From NCBI GenBank assembly GCA_026392355.1, contig JAPLCF010000041.1, forward strand, positions 4,561 through 68,560: DNA of 64,000 nucleotides, in the 5' to 3' direction. Under the pieces are notes generated by a model. It did not search any database and was not told the origin of the DNA. It saw only the letters and a program-made list of their open reading frames with translations. This document shows positions 54,971-64,000 of this stretch, piece after piece. Each line of letters begins with the position of its first letter. Positions within the stretch are counted from its first letter, which is position 1. Position numbers and translations under genes: made by a program. Source of the DNA: Actinomycetota bacterium. Lineage in GTDB: Bacteria; Actinomycetota; Thermoleophilia; Gaiellales; F1-60-MAGs149.

Positions 54971-55954
54971 CTAGACCTCTGCGAGTCCTTGCATGTCGAC
55001 GTCCTCGAGCCAGCGGCGGTAGGCAATCGAGGAGAGGTCCGGCACCTTGATGTGCAATTCCTCCTTGAGCGACGTCGGGATCTCCTCAGGACGGATGCTC
55101 TCAACGACGGCGCGATCCTGCTCAAGGATGTACAGGTAGTCGCTGACGAAGTTCGGATTCGTCTCCACGAAGTTGCGGAACACGATGCGGAAGATGCGCG
55201 TCTTCTTCGCCCCAGTCGGCGCCGCGATCACCATCACGCTGATGATGTCGTCCGACTCTTCCGTGGTCACGTGCAGGTGCATCGTGAACGGGTAGACGTG
55301 GGTGTACGTGTACGTGATGATCGCGTTCTGCGTCTGGTCGACGCTGCGCCAGAACGCGTTGGGAACGACGAACCACTGGCCCCACTCCTCGGGGTGGAGC
55401 TCGTACGGCTCCTGCTCCGGATGGTCGGGATCTCCGAGCAGGTTCGGATGCACGAACGGGAAGTGGGAGACGTCCATCGAGTTTTCGGTTGAGCGCCCGG
55501 CGCTCGTGTTCCACTCGAGAATGCTGAAGAGATCACTCGTATACGCGGGGTCGGTATCGAGGTCGAGCGGGATGTGCGGGATGTCTTGGATCGGCTCCTC
55601 GAGCGCCACCCACACCACGCCGTACTTCTCGGCCACGCGGTACGCAATCGCGTGCGCGGCGGCGGGGACTGGCTTGTCGGGCTGCGCGGGGATCTTCACG
55701 CAGGCGCCCGTCGAGTCGTACTCCCAGCCGTGATACGGACACACGATGCAGCCGTTCTTCACCTCGCCGAGCGAGAGTGCGGCGCCGCGATGGATGCAGA
55801 GGTCCTTGAAGACGCTGATGCCCGCCTCGGTACGGAAGGCGACGAGGTTCTGATCGAGCAGTGTGAAGCGCTGCGGCTGCTCGGTTACCTCCTCGACGGA
55901 GGCGATCGGGTGCCAAAACTGCGAGAGGCGCTTGGGGTTCGAAGCGAGGGGCAT
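54971..55954 (-). CDS. Rieske oxygenase (VanA/methylxanthine demethylase-like group)
   Basis: CIHRG.ALS.G...CPYHGW, ENSMDVSHFPFVH, EQD. Confidence 0.88.
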   Translation of the reverse strand: MPLASNPKRLSQFWHPIASVEEVTEQPQRFTLLDQNLVAFRTEAGISVFKDLCIHRGAALSLGEVKNGCIVCPYHGWEYDSTGACVKIPAQPDKPVPAAAHAIAYRVAEKYGVVWVALEEPIQDIPHIPLDLDTDPAYTSDLFSILEWNTSAGRSTENSMDVSHFPFVHPNLLGDPDHPEQEPYELHPEEWGQWFVVPNAFWRSVDQTQNAIITYTYTHVYPFTMHLHVTTEESDDIISVMVIAAPTGAKKTRIFRIVFRNFVETNPNFVSDYLYILEQDRAVVESIRPEEIPTSLKEELHIKVPDLSSIAYRRWLEDVDMQGLAEV

Positions 55955-56113
55955 GCGACGAGATTAGTCGGAAAGAGGTGTTGGTGCGAGTGGTCTCTGG
56001 GCGAGCGTGCGCGTGGTGGGTCTGAATGCGGCACGTCCGGATCACGGCTGTTTCGCAGGAGTCTGGCTACGCTGACCGGTATGAAAATCGGATTATCTGA
56101 TACGTTGATTGGC

Positions 56114-56380
56114 GTGCAGGAGATCACCGCCACCGATGCCGCTCGCACCTTCCGCGAGTTGTTGGATCAGGTCGAGCGCGACGGCGAGTCGTACCGCATC
56201 ACGCGCCACGGCCGGATCGTCGCGGAACTGCATCCGGCACGCCGCGGCTCGCTGGCGGACCTCGCGGACTTCGCCCGTGCCAATCGCAAAGCGCACCCCG
56301 GCACCGACGATGACTGGGCGGCGGATATCGCCTGGGTGCGCGACCAGTCGGCACCACTCGACGACCCGTGGTCGCGGTGA
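56114..56380 (+). CDS. Phd/YefM family antitoxin
   Basis: ITATDAARTFRELLDQVE..GE.YRITRHGRIVAEL.P. GTG lies 7 nt after TACGTT. Confidence 0.88.
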   Translation: MQEITATDAARTFRELLDQVERDGESYRITRHGRIVAELHPARRGSLADLADFARANRKAHPGTDDDWAADIAWVRDQSAPLDDPWSR

Positions 56381-56763
56381 GAGGCCTCCTTGTCGACACC
56401 AGTGTGCTGATCGAAATCGAGCGCGGTGCTTTCGACCTCAAAGCAGTTGAGGGCGGGGAGGATGTCGGCGTCGCGGCAATCACCGTTACCGAGCTCCTCC
56501 TCGGTGCGCGTCTCGCGATCGGAGCGATGGCCGAGCGCCGTCAGCGCTTCGCGGAGCACGTCGTCGAGACGTGCGCTGTAGTTCAGTACGACACGGCGAC
56601 GGCCCCGCACCATGCCGCGCTTCTCGAGCACTGCCGGCGAGCCGGCACCATGCGTGGCGCCCACGACCTGATCATCGCCGCAACGGCACGCGCCACGGGT
56701 CGCACCATCGTCACGCTTGACCGCACCGGGTTTCTCGACCTGCCGAACGTCCGCGTGCGTTAG
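56377..56763 (+). CDS. vapC: PIN-domain toxin VapC
   Basis: LVDTSVLI, ITVTELLLG, AHDLIIAATA, TLD. GTG overlaps the antitoxin TGA. Confidence 0.9.
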   Translation: MRGLLVDTSVLIEIERGAFDLKAVEGGEDVGVAAITVTELLLGARLAIGAMAERRQRFAEHVVETCAVVQYDTATAPHHAALLEHCRRAGTMRGAHDLIIAATARATGRTIVTLDRTGFLDLPNVRVR

Positions 56764-57482
56764 GAGCGGCCGTACTCGATCACGTGATCGAGCCAGGCGT
56801 CGATCAGCGTGCGAGCGTGGGGGAGCATGCGATCGGCGTTGTCTGCGACACCGCTGAGCAGTTGGTCGAGACCACCCGGTCCGAGCACGTTCTCTGCCGC
56901 CGTCTTGTAGGCCGGGATGCGCGACCACTCATCGGCGAGCGCCGCATCGACCTCCAAATGGAACTGCACGCCGTAGGCAACCTCGCCGAAGCGGAAGCCC
57001 TGGTTCGGGTACGCCGGGCTGGAGAACAGCGAGACCGCGCCCTTGGGTAGGTCGAAGGTATCGCCGTGCCATTGCAGGGTCTTGAAGCGCTCCGGCAGGA
57101 TCGACGCGACGGGATCAGAGCCGCCGTCTTCGGTGCGCATGACGTCGAGGATGCCGACCTCGGGCGCGGCACCCGGATAGACGCGCGCGCCGAGGGCTGC
57201 GGCCAGCAGCTGGACGCCCAGGCACGCGCCGAAGTACGGCAGGCCGGCGCGCACGGCGTCGCCGATCAGCTGCTTCTCAGCGACCAGCCACGGGTAGGCG
57301 TCGTCCTCGTACGCGCCCATCGGTCCGCCCATCGCCACGATCGCGCCGAAGTCGCGCCAATCGGGCAGCGGCTCGCCCTCGTCGACCTCAACGGTGTGAA
57401 GGGTGTGGCCGCGCGACGTGAGCACCGTGCCGTACTCGGCGGGCGGCTCGCAGGCGATGTGCTGGAGAACGAGGATGTCCAT
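56760..57482 (-). CDS. Type 1 glutamine amidotransferase (GMP synthase-like)
   Basis: GGPMGAY, GACLGVQL (Cys nucleophile), QWHGD, QFHLE. Confidence 0.92.
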   Translation of the reverse strand: MDILVLQHIACEPPAEYGTVLTSRGHTLHTVEVDEGEPLPDWRDFGAIVAMGGPMGAYEDDAYPWLVAEKQLIGDAVRAGLPYFGACLGVQLLAAALGARVYPGAAPEVGILDVMRTEDGGSDPVASILPERFKTLQWHGDTFDLPKGAVSLFSSPAYPNQGFRFGEVAYGVQFHLEVDAALADEWSRIPAYKTAAENVLGPGGLDQLLSGVADNADRMLPHARTLIDAWLDHVIEYGRS

Positions 57483-57532
57483 ACGGCGATTCTAGTGCCG
57501 GTCGGGCCTGTGATCGTACGACCCTCGCTCGG

Positions 57533-59659
57533 TCACTCAGAGGGCGGCGCCGTGTGGTCCGGCACCCGCCCCGGCCACCACGACCGATCCCCGACCCACA
57601 CGGCGAGTGCCGGCACGAGCAGTGTGCGCACCACGAAGGTGTCGATCAACACACCGAGGGCGACGCCGAAGCCGAGCTGGAAGAGCGCCTCGAGCGGCAG
57701 TGTCATCAGGACGAGGAAGGTGCCGGCAAGGATCAGGCCGGCGCTCGTAATCACGCCACCGGTCGTCTCGAGAGCGCGGAGCACCGCCGGTCGCATAGGC
57801 ATCGCGTCGGCCTCCTCGCGGATCCGGGAAACGAGGAAGATGTTGTAGTCGACGCCAAGTGCGACGGCGAACAGGAACAGGAACGTCGCGTAGCCCGGAT
57901 CGACGCCAGGGCTATTGAAGACGTGCAGGAAGATCAGGTACGAGAGTCCGAGCGTCGCGAAGTACGAGAGGATCACCGTCCCGATCAGGTAGAGCGGCGC
58001 AACGACGGCACGCAGCAGCAGGATCAGGATGATCAGAATCAGCAGAAGCGTGAGCGGCACGATCAGCCGCGCATCGCGACTAACGGCCTGGTTCGTGTCG
58101 TAGTCCTGGGCCGTTGGGCCGCCGACGAGCGCCGAGCCGCCCGCGTTGGCCGCCGCGGTTTCGACGGTTGTGCGGATGCGTGGGATCGAGGCATTGGCCG
58201 CATCCCCGTAGGGGTCGCGGGTGAGGACGACCTCGAGCAGTTGTGCCTCCCCGTTGGTGGCGGTCAGGCTGGGACGGACGGCGGCGACGTCGGCCGTATC
58301 GGCCTGGAGCGCGCCGATCACGGCACCTGTTGCCGCTTCGAGCTTGTCCTTCGGCGCATCGACGATCACCTGGGTGGTCGCCAGCTCGCCCGGCGGCAGC
58401 GCCTTGGCGAGGGCGATCTGCCCCTGGATCGACTCGGGCTTGGCGCGGAACCCGCCGCCGATGCCGAGCCCGCTCGGGTTGGACAGGACGCCCAGCACAC
58501 ACACGAGCAGGACGACTGTGACTGTGACGACGGTCACGACGGGGCGGTGCGTGACGAACTCGCCCACGCGGTGATACAGCGAGCGGCGCGAGCGATCCTC
58601 CGAGCCGAAGCGCGGTACGGCGGGCCAGAAGGAGCCGCGGCCGATGATCGTCAGCAGGGCGGGCAGCAGGGTCAGGCCCGCCAGCATCGTGATCGCCACG
58701 CCGATCGCGAGGACGGGGCCTTGGTTGCGCGTGCTCGACAGATCGGCAACGAGCAACACCAGCATTGCCGCGACGACCGTGCCGCCGGCGGAGAGGATCG
58801 CCGGGCCAGACCGCGCGACGGCGTGCTGCATGGCGTCGTGACGATCCTCACGGACGCGCAGCTCTTCGCGGTAGCGCGCGATCAGATAGATGCAGTAATC
58901 GGTGCCCGCACCGAACATCAGGATGATCAGGATCCCCGTGGCCTGGCCGTTGATCGGGAGGTCGAAGGCCTTGACGACGAGGTAGACGACGCCACCGGCG
59001 ATCGAGTAGGCGACGCCGACGACGACGAGTGGGACGAGCGCGATGATCGGCGACCGGTAGATCAAGAGCAGCAGGACGAGGATCAGGACCGTCGTGCCGA
59101 TCAGCAGCTTGCCGTCGATGTTGCCGAAGACCTCGACGGCGTCGACGGTGATGCCAGCCGGCCCGGAGACGTAGACGGAGAGCCCGTCGGGTCGATCTTG
59201 TTGGGCGATCGAGCGCATGTCCTTGACGACCGGCTCGATCGTGTCGATCACCTGCGCCGTCAGAGGCACGATCATGATCGCCGTCGTGCCGTCCTTCGAC
59301 AGCAGGCCCTGCTGTGCCGCCGCGGGGCCGAGCGGGGACTGGATCGGCGCGTGGTCCGGCAGCTGTGCGAAGGCCTTTTCGTCGGCGGCGATGACGGCGC
59401 GATCGGCGTCATTCAGCCCGTCGGGGTTCTGGTAGACGACCAGCGCGGGGATCGTGCGTCCGTTGTCGAAGCGCGTGCGGAGCTCATCGAGCACCTTGGT
59501 CGAGTCCGCGCCGGCCGGCAGGAAGGTCGTCGAGTCGTTCTGGGTGACCGAGTTCAGCTTGGCTTGGAACGAGCCGAGTCCGGCCGCGAGGATGATCCAG
59601 GCGAGGAGAACGAGCCACTTGGAGCGGCGGCCGGTGACGATGCGGGAGAGAGTTTCGAT
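57533..59659 (-). CDS. MMPL/RND family transporter; apparent ATC start
   Basis: FGAGTDY..YLIARYREE, LGVDYNIFLVSRIREE, TGGVITSAG, DTFVVR. The N-terminal TM (KWLVLLAWII) and FLP..A.S motif lie upstream of the first GTG (59494). Confidence 0.88.
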   Translation of the reverse strand: METLSRIVTGRRSKWLVLLAWIILAAGLGSFQAKLNSVTQNDSTTFLPAGADSTKVLDELRTRFDNGRTIPALVVYQNPDGLNDADRAVIAADEKAFAQLPDHAPIQSPLGPAAAQQGLLSKDGTTAIMIVPLTAQVIDTIEPVVKDMRSIAQQDRPDGLSVYVSGPAGITVDAVEVFGNIDGKLLIGTTVLILVLLLLIYRSPIIALVPLVVVGVAYSIAGGVVYLVVKAFDLPINGQATGILIILMFGAGTDYCIYLIARYREELRVREDRHDAMQHAVARSGPAILSAGGTVVAAMLVLLVADLSSTRNQGPVLAIGVAITMLAGLTLLPALLTIIGRGSFWPAVPRFGSEDRSRRSLYHRVGEFVTHRPVVTVVTVTVVLLVCVLGVLSNPSGLGIGGGFRAKPESIQGQIALAKALPPGELATTQVIVDAPKDKLEAATGAVIGALQADTADVAAVRPSLTATNGEAQLLEVVLTRDPYGDAANASIPRIRTTVETAAANAGGSALVGGPTAQDYDTNQAVSRDARLIVPLTLLLILIILILLLRAVVAPLYLIGTVILSYFATLGLSYLIFLHVFNSPGVDPGYATFLFLFAVALGVDYNIFLVSRIREEADAMPMRPAVLRALETTGGVITSAGLILAGTFLVLMTLPLEALFQLGFGVALGVLIDTFVVRTLLVPALAVWVGDRSWWPGRVPDHTAPPSE

Positions 59660-59735
59660 GGTGCTTCCTCGGGCAGGGTGCGTCCGAACTATCGCATGGG
59701 CGGATGTCGTGGCTGTGGCGTGGGATCATGTCGGC

Positions 59736-60275
59736 ATGGATGTCCTCGTGATCGCCGCGACGCCAGGTGAGCTCGACTGGGTTGGGGGTGCCGACACGCT
59801 TGTCGTTGGCATCGGCCCCGTTGAGGCTGCTGTGCACACTGCTGCGTACCTCGCAGCGCATCGGCCCGACGCGATCTTGCACCTCGGTATCGCCGGCGCG
59901 CGGCGTGCGAGCGGCCTACAGATCGGCGACGTCGTAATCGGCACGCTCAGTCAATACAGCGATCTCGCTGCGGCAGTGCCGACCGTGCGCACGATTGAGC
60001 CCGACGCGACCCTCGTTGAGCGTGTGAGCACGCTGCTCCCTGCCGCACTTCGGCAACCGATCGCGACGAGTGCCCATGTCGGCGGCGGTGACTGCGACGT
60101 TGAGGCGATGGAGGGCTTCGGCGTGCTGCGCGCAGCAGCCGAGGCGGGTATTCCCGCGATCGAGCTACGCGCGATCTCGAACATGGTCGAGGAAGAAGAT
60201 CGCGCCAACTGGGACTTCCCGGGTGGGCTGCGCGCCATCGCCGAAGCGGGGCGTGTGGTGCTCGCAGGCCTCTAG
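59736..60275 (+). CDS. mqnB: Futalosine hydrolase MqnB / purine nucleoside phosphorylase fold
   Basis: GIGPVEAA, LHLGIAG, EAMEG, ELRAISN.VE..DRANWD. Confidence 0.7.
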   Translation: MDVLVIAATPGELDWVGGADTLVVGIGPVEAAVHTAAYLAAHRPDAILHLGIAGARRASGLQIGDVVIGTLSQYSDLAAAVPTVRTIEPDATLVERVSTLLPAALRQPIATSAHVGGGDCDVEAMEGFGVLRAAAEAGIPAIELRAISNMVEEEDRANWDFPGGLRAIAEAGRVVLAGL

Positions 60276-60592
60276 TCGGAAGACTTGGAGGAGGACGAGG
60301 AGTCAGACGACTTCGTCGAGGTGCTCGACGAGCTCGAATCGCTCTTCTTGGAGTCGGACGAATCGGACGACTTGGACTCGCCGCCGTCGGCCTTCTCCTT
60401 GGTGGCGCGCTTGCCGCCCTTGCCGTAATCCGTCGAGTAGTAACCGGAGCCCTTGAAGTGGATCGGCGGAGCGAACAGCACGCGCTCGACCTTCTTCCCG
60501 CACTCGGGGCACTTCTTGAGCGGCGGGTCGGTCATCTTCGCGAAGACCTCGGTTTCATGACCTTCCGCGCAGCGATATTCGTACGTAGGCAC
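60272..60592 (-). CDS. FmdB family zinc-ribbon protein
   Basis: MPTYEYRC..GH, CPECG, FKGSGYYSTDY, Ser/Lys/Asp-rich tail. Confidence 0.9.
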   Translation of the reverse strand: MPTYEYRCAEGHETEVFAKMTDPPLKKCPECGKKVERVLFAPPIHFKGSGYYSTDYGKGGKRATKEKADGGESKSSDSSDSKKSDSSSSSTSTKSSDSSSSSKSSD

Positions 60593-60681
60593 GAGTCGCA
60601 CTATAGCGCGGGCGCCGAATCGGCTTGGCACTCTCGGGGGGAAAGTGCCAAGGCGGCCGACGAGGCTACGATGCAGGAAGC

Positions 60682-61845
60682 GTGCGGATCGCCATCGTCA
60701 CCGACTACTACTACCCGCACCTCGGCGGGATCACTGAGCACGTCCACGGGCAGGCCACGGAGCTGACCCGGCGAGGCCACGAGGTGACGATCGTCACGGG
60801 CAATGTCATGCGTCCGCCGCCGATTGTCGACGGTGAGATTCGGCCCGAGGCCAACGTGCCCTTCGAGATCGTGCGCGTCGGTCGTGCGCTGCCCGGGTAT
60901 GCCAACGCCTCGCAGACGTATCACGTCGTCGATCCGTTGCTGCGCCGCAAGCTCAAGCAGATCTTCGAGAAGCGCAAGGTCGACGTGGTCCACGTGCACT
61001 CGCCGTACAGCCCGATCCTCCCGATCATGGGTGTGCTTGCCGCGCCGAAGACCGCCGTCACGGTCGGCACGTTCCACTCCGTCTTCCCGCGCAATCTCGG
61101 CTTCGACATCATCGCGCCACTGATGCGCAAGGTGATCGGGCGCCTCGACGGCAAGATTGTGGTCAGCGAGGCGTGCATTGGCTCGCTCGCTCCGTACTAC
61201 CCGTACGAGTACACCGTCATCCCCAATGGCATCGACGACCGGCGCTTCTCGCCTGAGGCCGACCCAATTCCCGAACTGAAGGACGGCAAGCTCAACATCC
61301 TGTTCCTCGGCCGCTTCGACCCACGCAATGGCCTCGACACGATGATCGGCGCCTTTACGGAAGTCCGTCGCCGCGTTGGGCCTGACGTGCGGCTGATTGT
61401 GGTTGGTGACGGGCCGCTCAAATCGCGGTACCAGGGCCAGGTCCCGGACGACATCGCACCCGACGTGCACTGGGCTGGCCGCGTCAATTGGAACCGTCCG
61501 CGGTACTACGCCACCGCCGACATCCACTGCACGCCATGCCAGCGCGCGTCGTTCGGCATGGTCCTGCTCGAGGCGATGAGCTGCGGACGCCCGGTCGTCG
61601 CGAGCCGCATCTCCGGGTTCCAGTTGCTGATGGAGCACGGCAAGCAAGGCCTGTTGATCTCCCCGGCGGAGAGCACGGAGCGCTTTGCGGAGGCGCTGAT
61701 GTACATGATCGAGCACCCCGAGGAGCGCGACCGCATGGGTCGCGAGGGACGCAAGACCGCCGTCACCGACTACGCGTGGTCGAAGGTCGCCAAGCAGCTT
61801 GAGGATTTCTACGTCGACCTCCTCGACAAGGGTCCGCGCCCGTGA
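60682..61845 (+). CDS. Glycosyltransferase family 4 (PimA-like)
   Basis: YYPHLGGI..HV, DVVHVHSP, VIPNGID, LFLGRF.PRNG, SFGMVLLEAM..G.PVVAS. Confidence 0.92.
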   Translation: MRIAIVTDYYYPHLGGITEHVHGQATELTRRGHEVTIVTGNVMRPPPIVDGEIRPEANVPFEIVRVGRALPGYANASQTYHVVDPLLRRKLKQIFEKRKVDVVHVHSPYSPILPIMGVLAAPKTAVTVGTFHSVFPRNLGFDIIAPLMRKVIGRLDGKIVVSEACIGSLAPYYPYEYTVIPNGIDDRRFSPEADPIPELKDGKLNILFLGRFDPRNGLDTMIGAFTEVRRRVGPDVRLIVVGDGPLKSRYQGQVPDDIAPDVHWAGRVNWNRPRYYATADIHCTPCQRASFGMVLLEAMSCGRPVVASRISGFQLLMEHGKQGLLISPAESTERFAEALMYMIEHPEERDRMGREGRKTAVTDYAWSKVAKQLEDFYVDLLDKGPRP

Positions 61846-63761
61846 CGAAGCGTCAGACGATCCTCCGGGCAGTGCTGATCGGAGTGGCCGTCGCTGCGAT
61901 CGCCGTCCTCGCCGATGCGGTGCTCACGCACGCGAACTTGTCGTGGCTGGCCTGGGTCGTCGATGTCGCCGCGATCCTGCTGCTCACGCTCGGGGCATGG
62001 GGGATGTTCGGCGCCAGCTCGCCGCTGTTCGGCGGCGTGGTTGACGGCAAGCGCATCCGCAAGGACGTCGTCGCCCTGACGTTCGATGATGGTCCGTCGC
62101 CCGACACGACGCCGCGCATCCTCGACATTCTTCGTGCCGAAGGTGTGCGCGCCACGTTCTTTGTGCTCGGCAAGCACGCTGAGCGCCATCCCGAGCTCGT
62201 CGAGCGGATCGTGCGCGAGGGGCACGAGCTCGGCAACCATGGGTACGACCACGGCATCCTCGCGTTCGCCGGTGCCACGCAGGTGCACCACCAGCTGCAG
62301 CGCACGGAGCGCCTGCTGCGCAAGGCCGGCGGGCCGCCCGTGCGCGTGTTCCGCGCGCCGCATGGTTTCCGCAGTCCGTTCGTGGCGCGCACCGCGCGGC
62401 GTCTGGGCTACATGACGTGCGCCTGGAGCGCCGGCGTGTTCGACACCGCCAAGCCAGGTGCCGACGTGATCATCAAGCGCTCCGCCAAGGCGATGAAGCC
62501 CGGCGCGATCCTGCTGCTGCACGACGCCGACGGTTGGGGCGACGACGATCGCTCGCAGACCGCCGATGCCCTACCCGGCATCATCGCGGCGGCACGCGAG
62601 CGCGAGTTCGAGTTCCTAACGATGACCGAGGTTGCGGCGCTCGACCCCCCGAAGCCGATCTCGTGGAAGCGCCTCGCGATCGTCACCGCAATCATTGTCG
62701 TCATCGCCGCGATCGGGCTGGCCCGTGTCGATCGAGGTGAGGTCACCGCCATCCTCGACACCTTCCGCAGCCTCAGCATCCCGCTCGTGATCCTGTCGCT
62801 GCTCGCCAACTTCATCAGCGTGGCCTTCAAGGGCGTGATTTGGAAGAGCGCGCTCGACTCCGTGCCGGGTGTCAAGGCGCCGTATCGCGCCGTACTCCCT
62901 GCGATCTTCGTCGGCTTTCTGCTCAACACCGTCCTGATTGCACGCCTCGGCGAGCTTGGCCGCATGGTCGTGCTGCGGCGGCGCCTGCAGAAGGAGGGAC
63001 AGGACGTACCGATCTCGACCATGACGGCAACGGTCGTGATGGAGCAGCTCGTGCTTGGCATCACGCTCGCGGCGTTGCTCGTCGCGATGGTCTTTACGGT
63101 CGACGGCGTACCCGACTGGGCTGGTCGCGGCACGATGATCCTGCTTGGTGCCCTCATGGCGGGCCTGCTCGTCGTCGGTCTCGTCGAGCTCGTCAGTCGC
63201 TGGCGCCTGCGCCGTGGCGAGGTGCGCGAGGACTACGCGCGCACCTGGTGGCGTTCGACGCTGCGCACCGCCGAGCTGCACTTGCACTCGCTCAGCCGTG
63301 GCGCGCAGTTGCTGCGCCGTCCGTGGCTCTCGGTCAGTTCGTTTGGCGCGGGCCTGCTGTCGTGGATCGCGCAGATCATCGGTATCTATCTCGCGCTGCT
63401 CGCCTTCGATATCGACACGCATCCCGTCGCCGCCGCCTGCGTCGTCTTCCTCGTCTCGAACCTCGTCGGGTTCGTCCCGCTCGTGCCCGGCAACCTCGGC
63501 GTGTTCCAACTTGCGGTCGCCACAGCGCTCTCGCAGGCCTTCGACATCTCGTTCGGCCAGGCCGTGACCTTCGCGATCGGCCTCCAGGTGATCGAGGTCG
63601 CGCTCGGAGCCGGCCTCGGCTTCATCTTCCTGTCGGTTGAGGGGCTCTCCTTCGGCGATGTGCGGCGCACGATCTCGCGGACAGAAGATGAACAGGAGAG
63701 TCTGCGCACGGGGCCACCGCCGGTGGTGGCCGCTACGCGCGGAGGAGCGCTCGGCGCGTGA
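61842..63761 (+). CDS. Fusion: NodB-type polysaccharide deacetylase plus lysylphosphatidylglycerol synthase-like TM (flippase-like) domain
   Basis: ALTFDDGP, GNHGYDH, FRAPHG, ILLLHD, followed by multi-TM region with GFLLN..L.ARLGE..R and P..PGNLGVF. Confidence 0.88.
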   Translation: MTKRQTILRAVLIGVAVAAIAVLADAVLTHANLSWLAWVVDVAAILLLTLGAWGMFGASSPLFGGVVDGKRIRKDVVALTFDDGPSPDTTPRILDILRAEGVRATFFVLGKHAERHPELVERIVREGHELGNHGYDHGILAFAGATQVHHQLQRTERLLRKAGGPPVRVFRAPHGFRSPFVARTARRLGYMTCAWSAGVFDTAKPGADVIIKRSAKAMKPGAILLLHDADGWGDDDRSQTADALPGIIAAAREREFEFLTMTEVAALDPPKPISWKRLAIVTAIIVVIAAIGLARVDRGEVTAILDTFRSLSIPLVILSLLANFISVAFKGVIWKSALDSVPGVKAPYRAVLPAIFVGFLLNTVLIARLGELGRMVVLRRRLQKEGQDVPISTMTATVVMEQLVLGITLAALLVAMVFTVDGVPDWAGRGTMILLGALMAGLLVVGLVELVSRWRLRRGEVREDYARTWWRSTLRTAELHLHSLSRGAQLLRRPWLSVSSFGAGLLSWIAQIIGIYLALLAFDIDTHPVAAACVVFLVSNLVGFVPLVPGNLGVFQLAVATALSQAFDISFGQAVTFAIGLQVIEVALGAGLGFIFLSVEGLSFGDVRRTISRTEDEQESLRTGPPPVVAATRGGALGA

Positions 63762-64000
63762 GGCGGCTGGTGATCGCGCTGGTCGTCTGCGCCGCGGCAG
63801 CAGCGCTCGCGGCCTGTGGGCTCGAGCCCAAGCCGCGCGCGCTGCCGGCAGGCTTTGCGCATCCACGCTTCATGCTCATTTCGGACGAAGCGCAAGGACC
63901 GTTGATCGTGGGCGGCGACTACGGCATGCAATACAGCCTCGACGGGGGCCGGACCTGGCAGTTGCCGGCGATGGGGCGCAAGCCCGTCGTCGCGGCGGCG
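63758..64000 (+). CDS. Lipoprotein with Asp-box (BNR) repeat, 3' truncated by window edge
   Basis: GTG overlaps the upstream TGA; MRRLVIALVVCAAAAALAAC lipobox; YSLDGGRTW Asp-box. Confidence 0.7.
   Translation, partial: MRRLVIALVVCAAAAALAACGLEPKPRALPAGFAHPRFMLISDEAQGPLIVGGDYGMQYSLDGGRTWQLPAMGRKPVVAAA

Noticed and set aside
60272-60420. Low-complexity repeat (GAGTC/GACGA-rich)
   Set aside because: Explained by the Ser/Lys/Asp-rich tail typical of FmdB-family proteins.

Overview
High-GC bacterial chromosome segment. Gene content, tRNA style and TANNNT leaderless promoters suggest Actinomycetota, possibly Thermoleophilia; this is inference, not a database result. It opens with the 3' part of an RpoD-type sigma factor and two tRNAs (Tyr-GUA, Thr-GGU) that flank a small minus-strand block (Gpx, NMT1/SsuA-type ABC transporter, OsmC, amidinotransferase). 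About 15.8-56 kb is a dense region for amine, N-methyl compound and organic acid catabolism. It holds three flavin amine oxidases, two Rieske oxygenases, two non-pyrrolysine MttB-family proteins, two GcvT-domain dimethylglycine/sarcosine dehydrogenase-like enzymes, an acyl-CoA dehydrogenase, an enoyl-CoA hydratase, an FrhB-like protein, GabD, a TPP enzyme and a lactonase. PckA and two VapBC-type toxin-antitoxin pairs are interspersed. The window ends with an MMPL transporter, MqnB, FmdB and a glycosyltransferase/deacetylase envelope operon. No integrase, transposase, cas gene or true CRISPR array was seen. The most unusual observations are: (i) four 14-bp palindromes with compensatory changes at an exact 37-bp period, directly upstream of the lactonase promoter; (ii) two otherwise intact genes whose homology-supported N-termini begin at non-canonical codons (ACG, ATC); (iii) a translationally coupled mobA / FAD-oxidase / unknown / FrhB-like operon; (iv) a DtxR-fold regulator that lacks all canonical metal ligands; (v) a candidate structured leader RNA; (vi) several unannotated small ORFs. 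Product calls rest on recognised motifs only; no searches were run.
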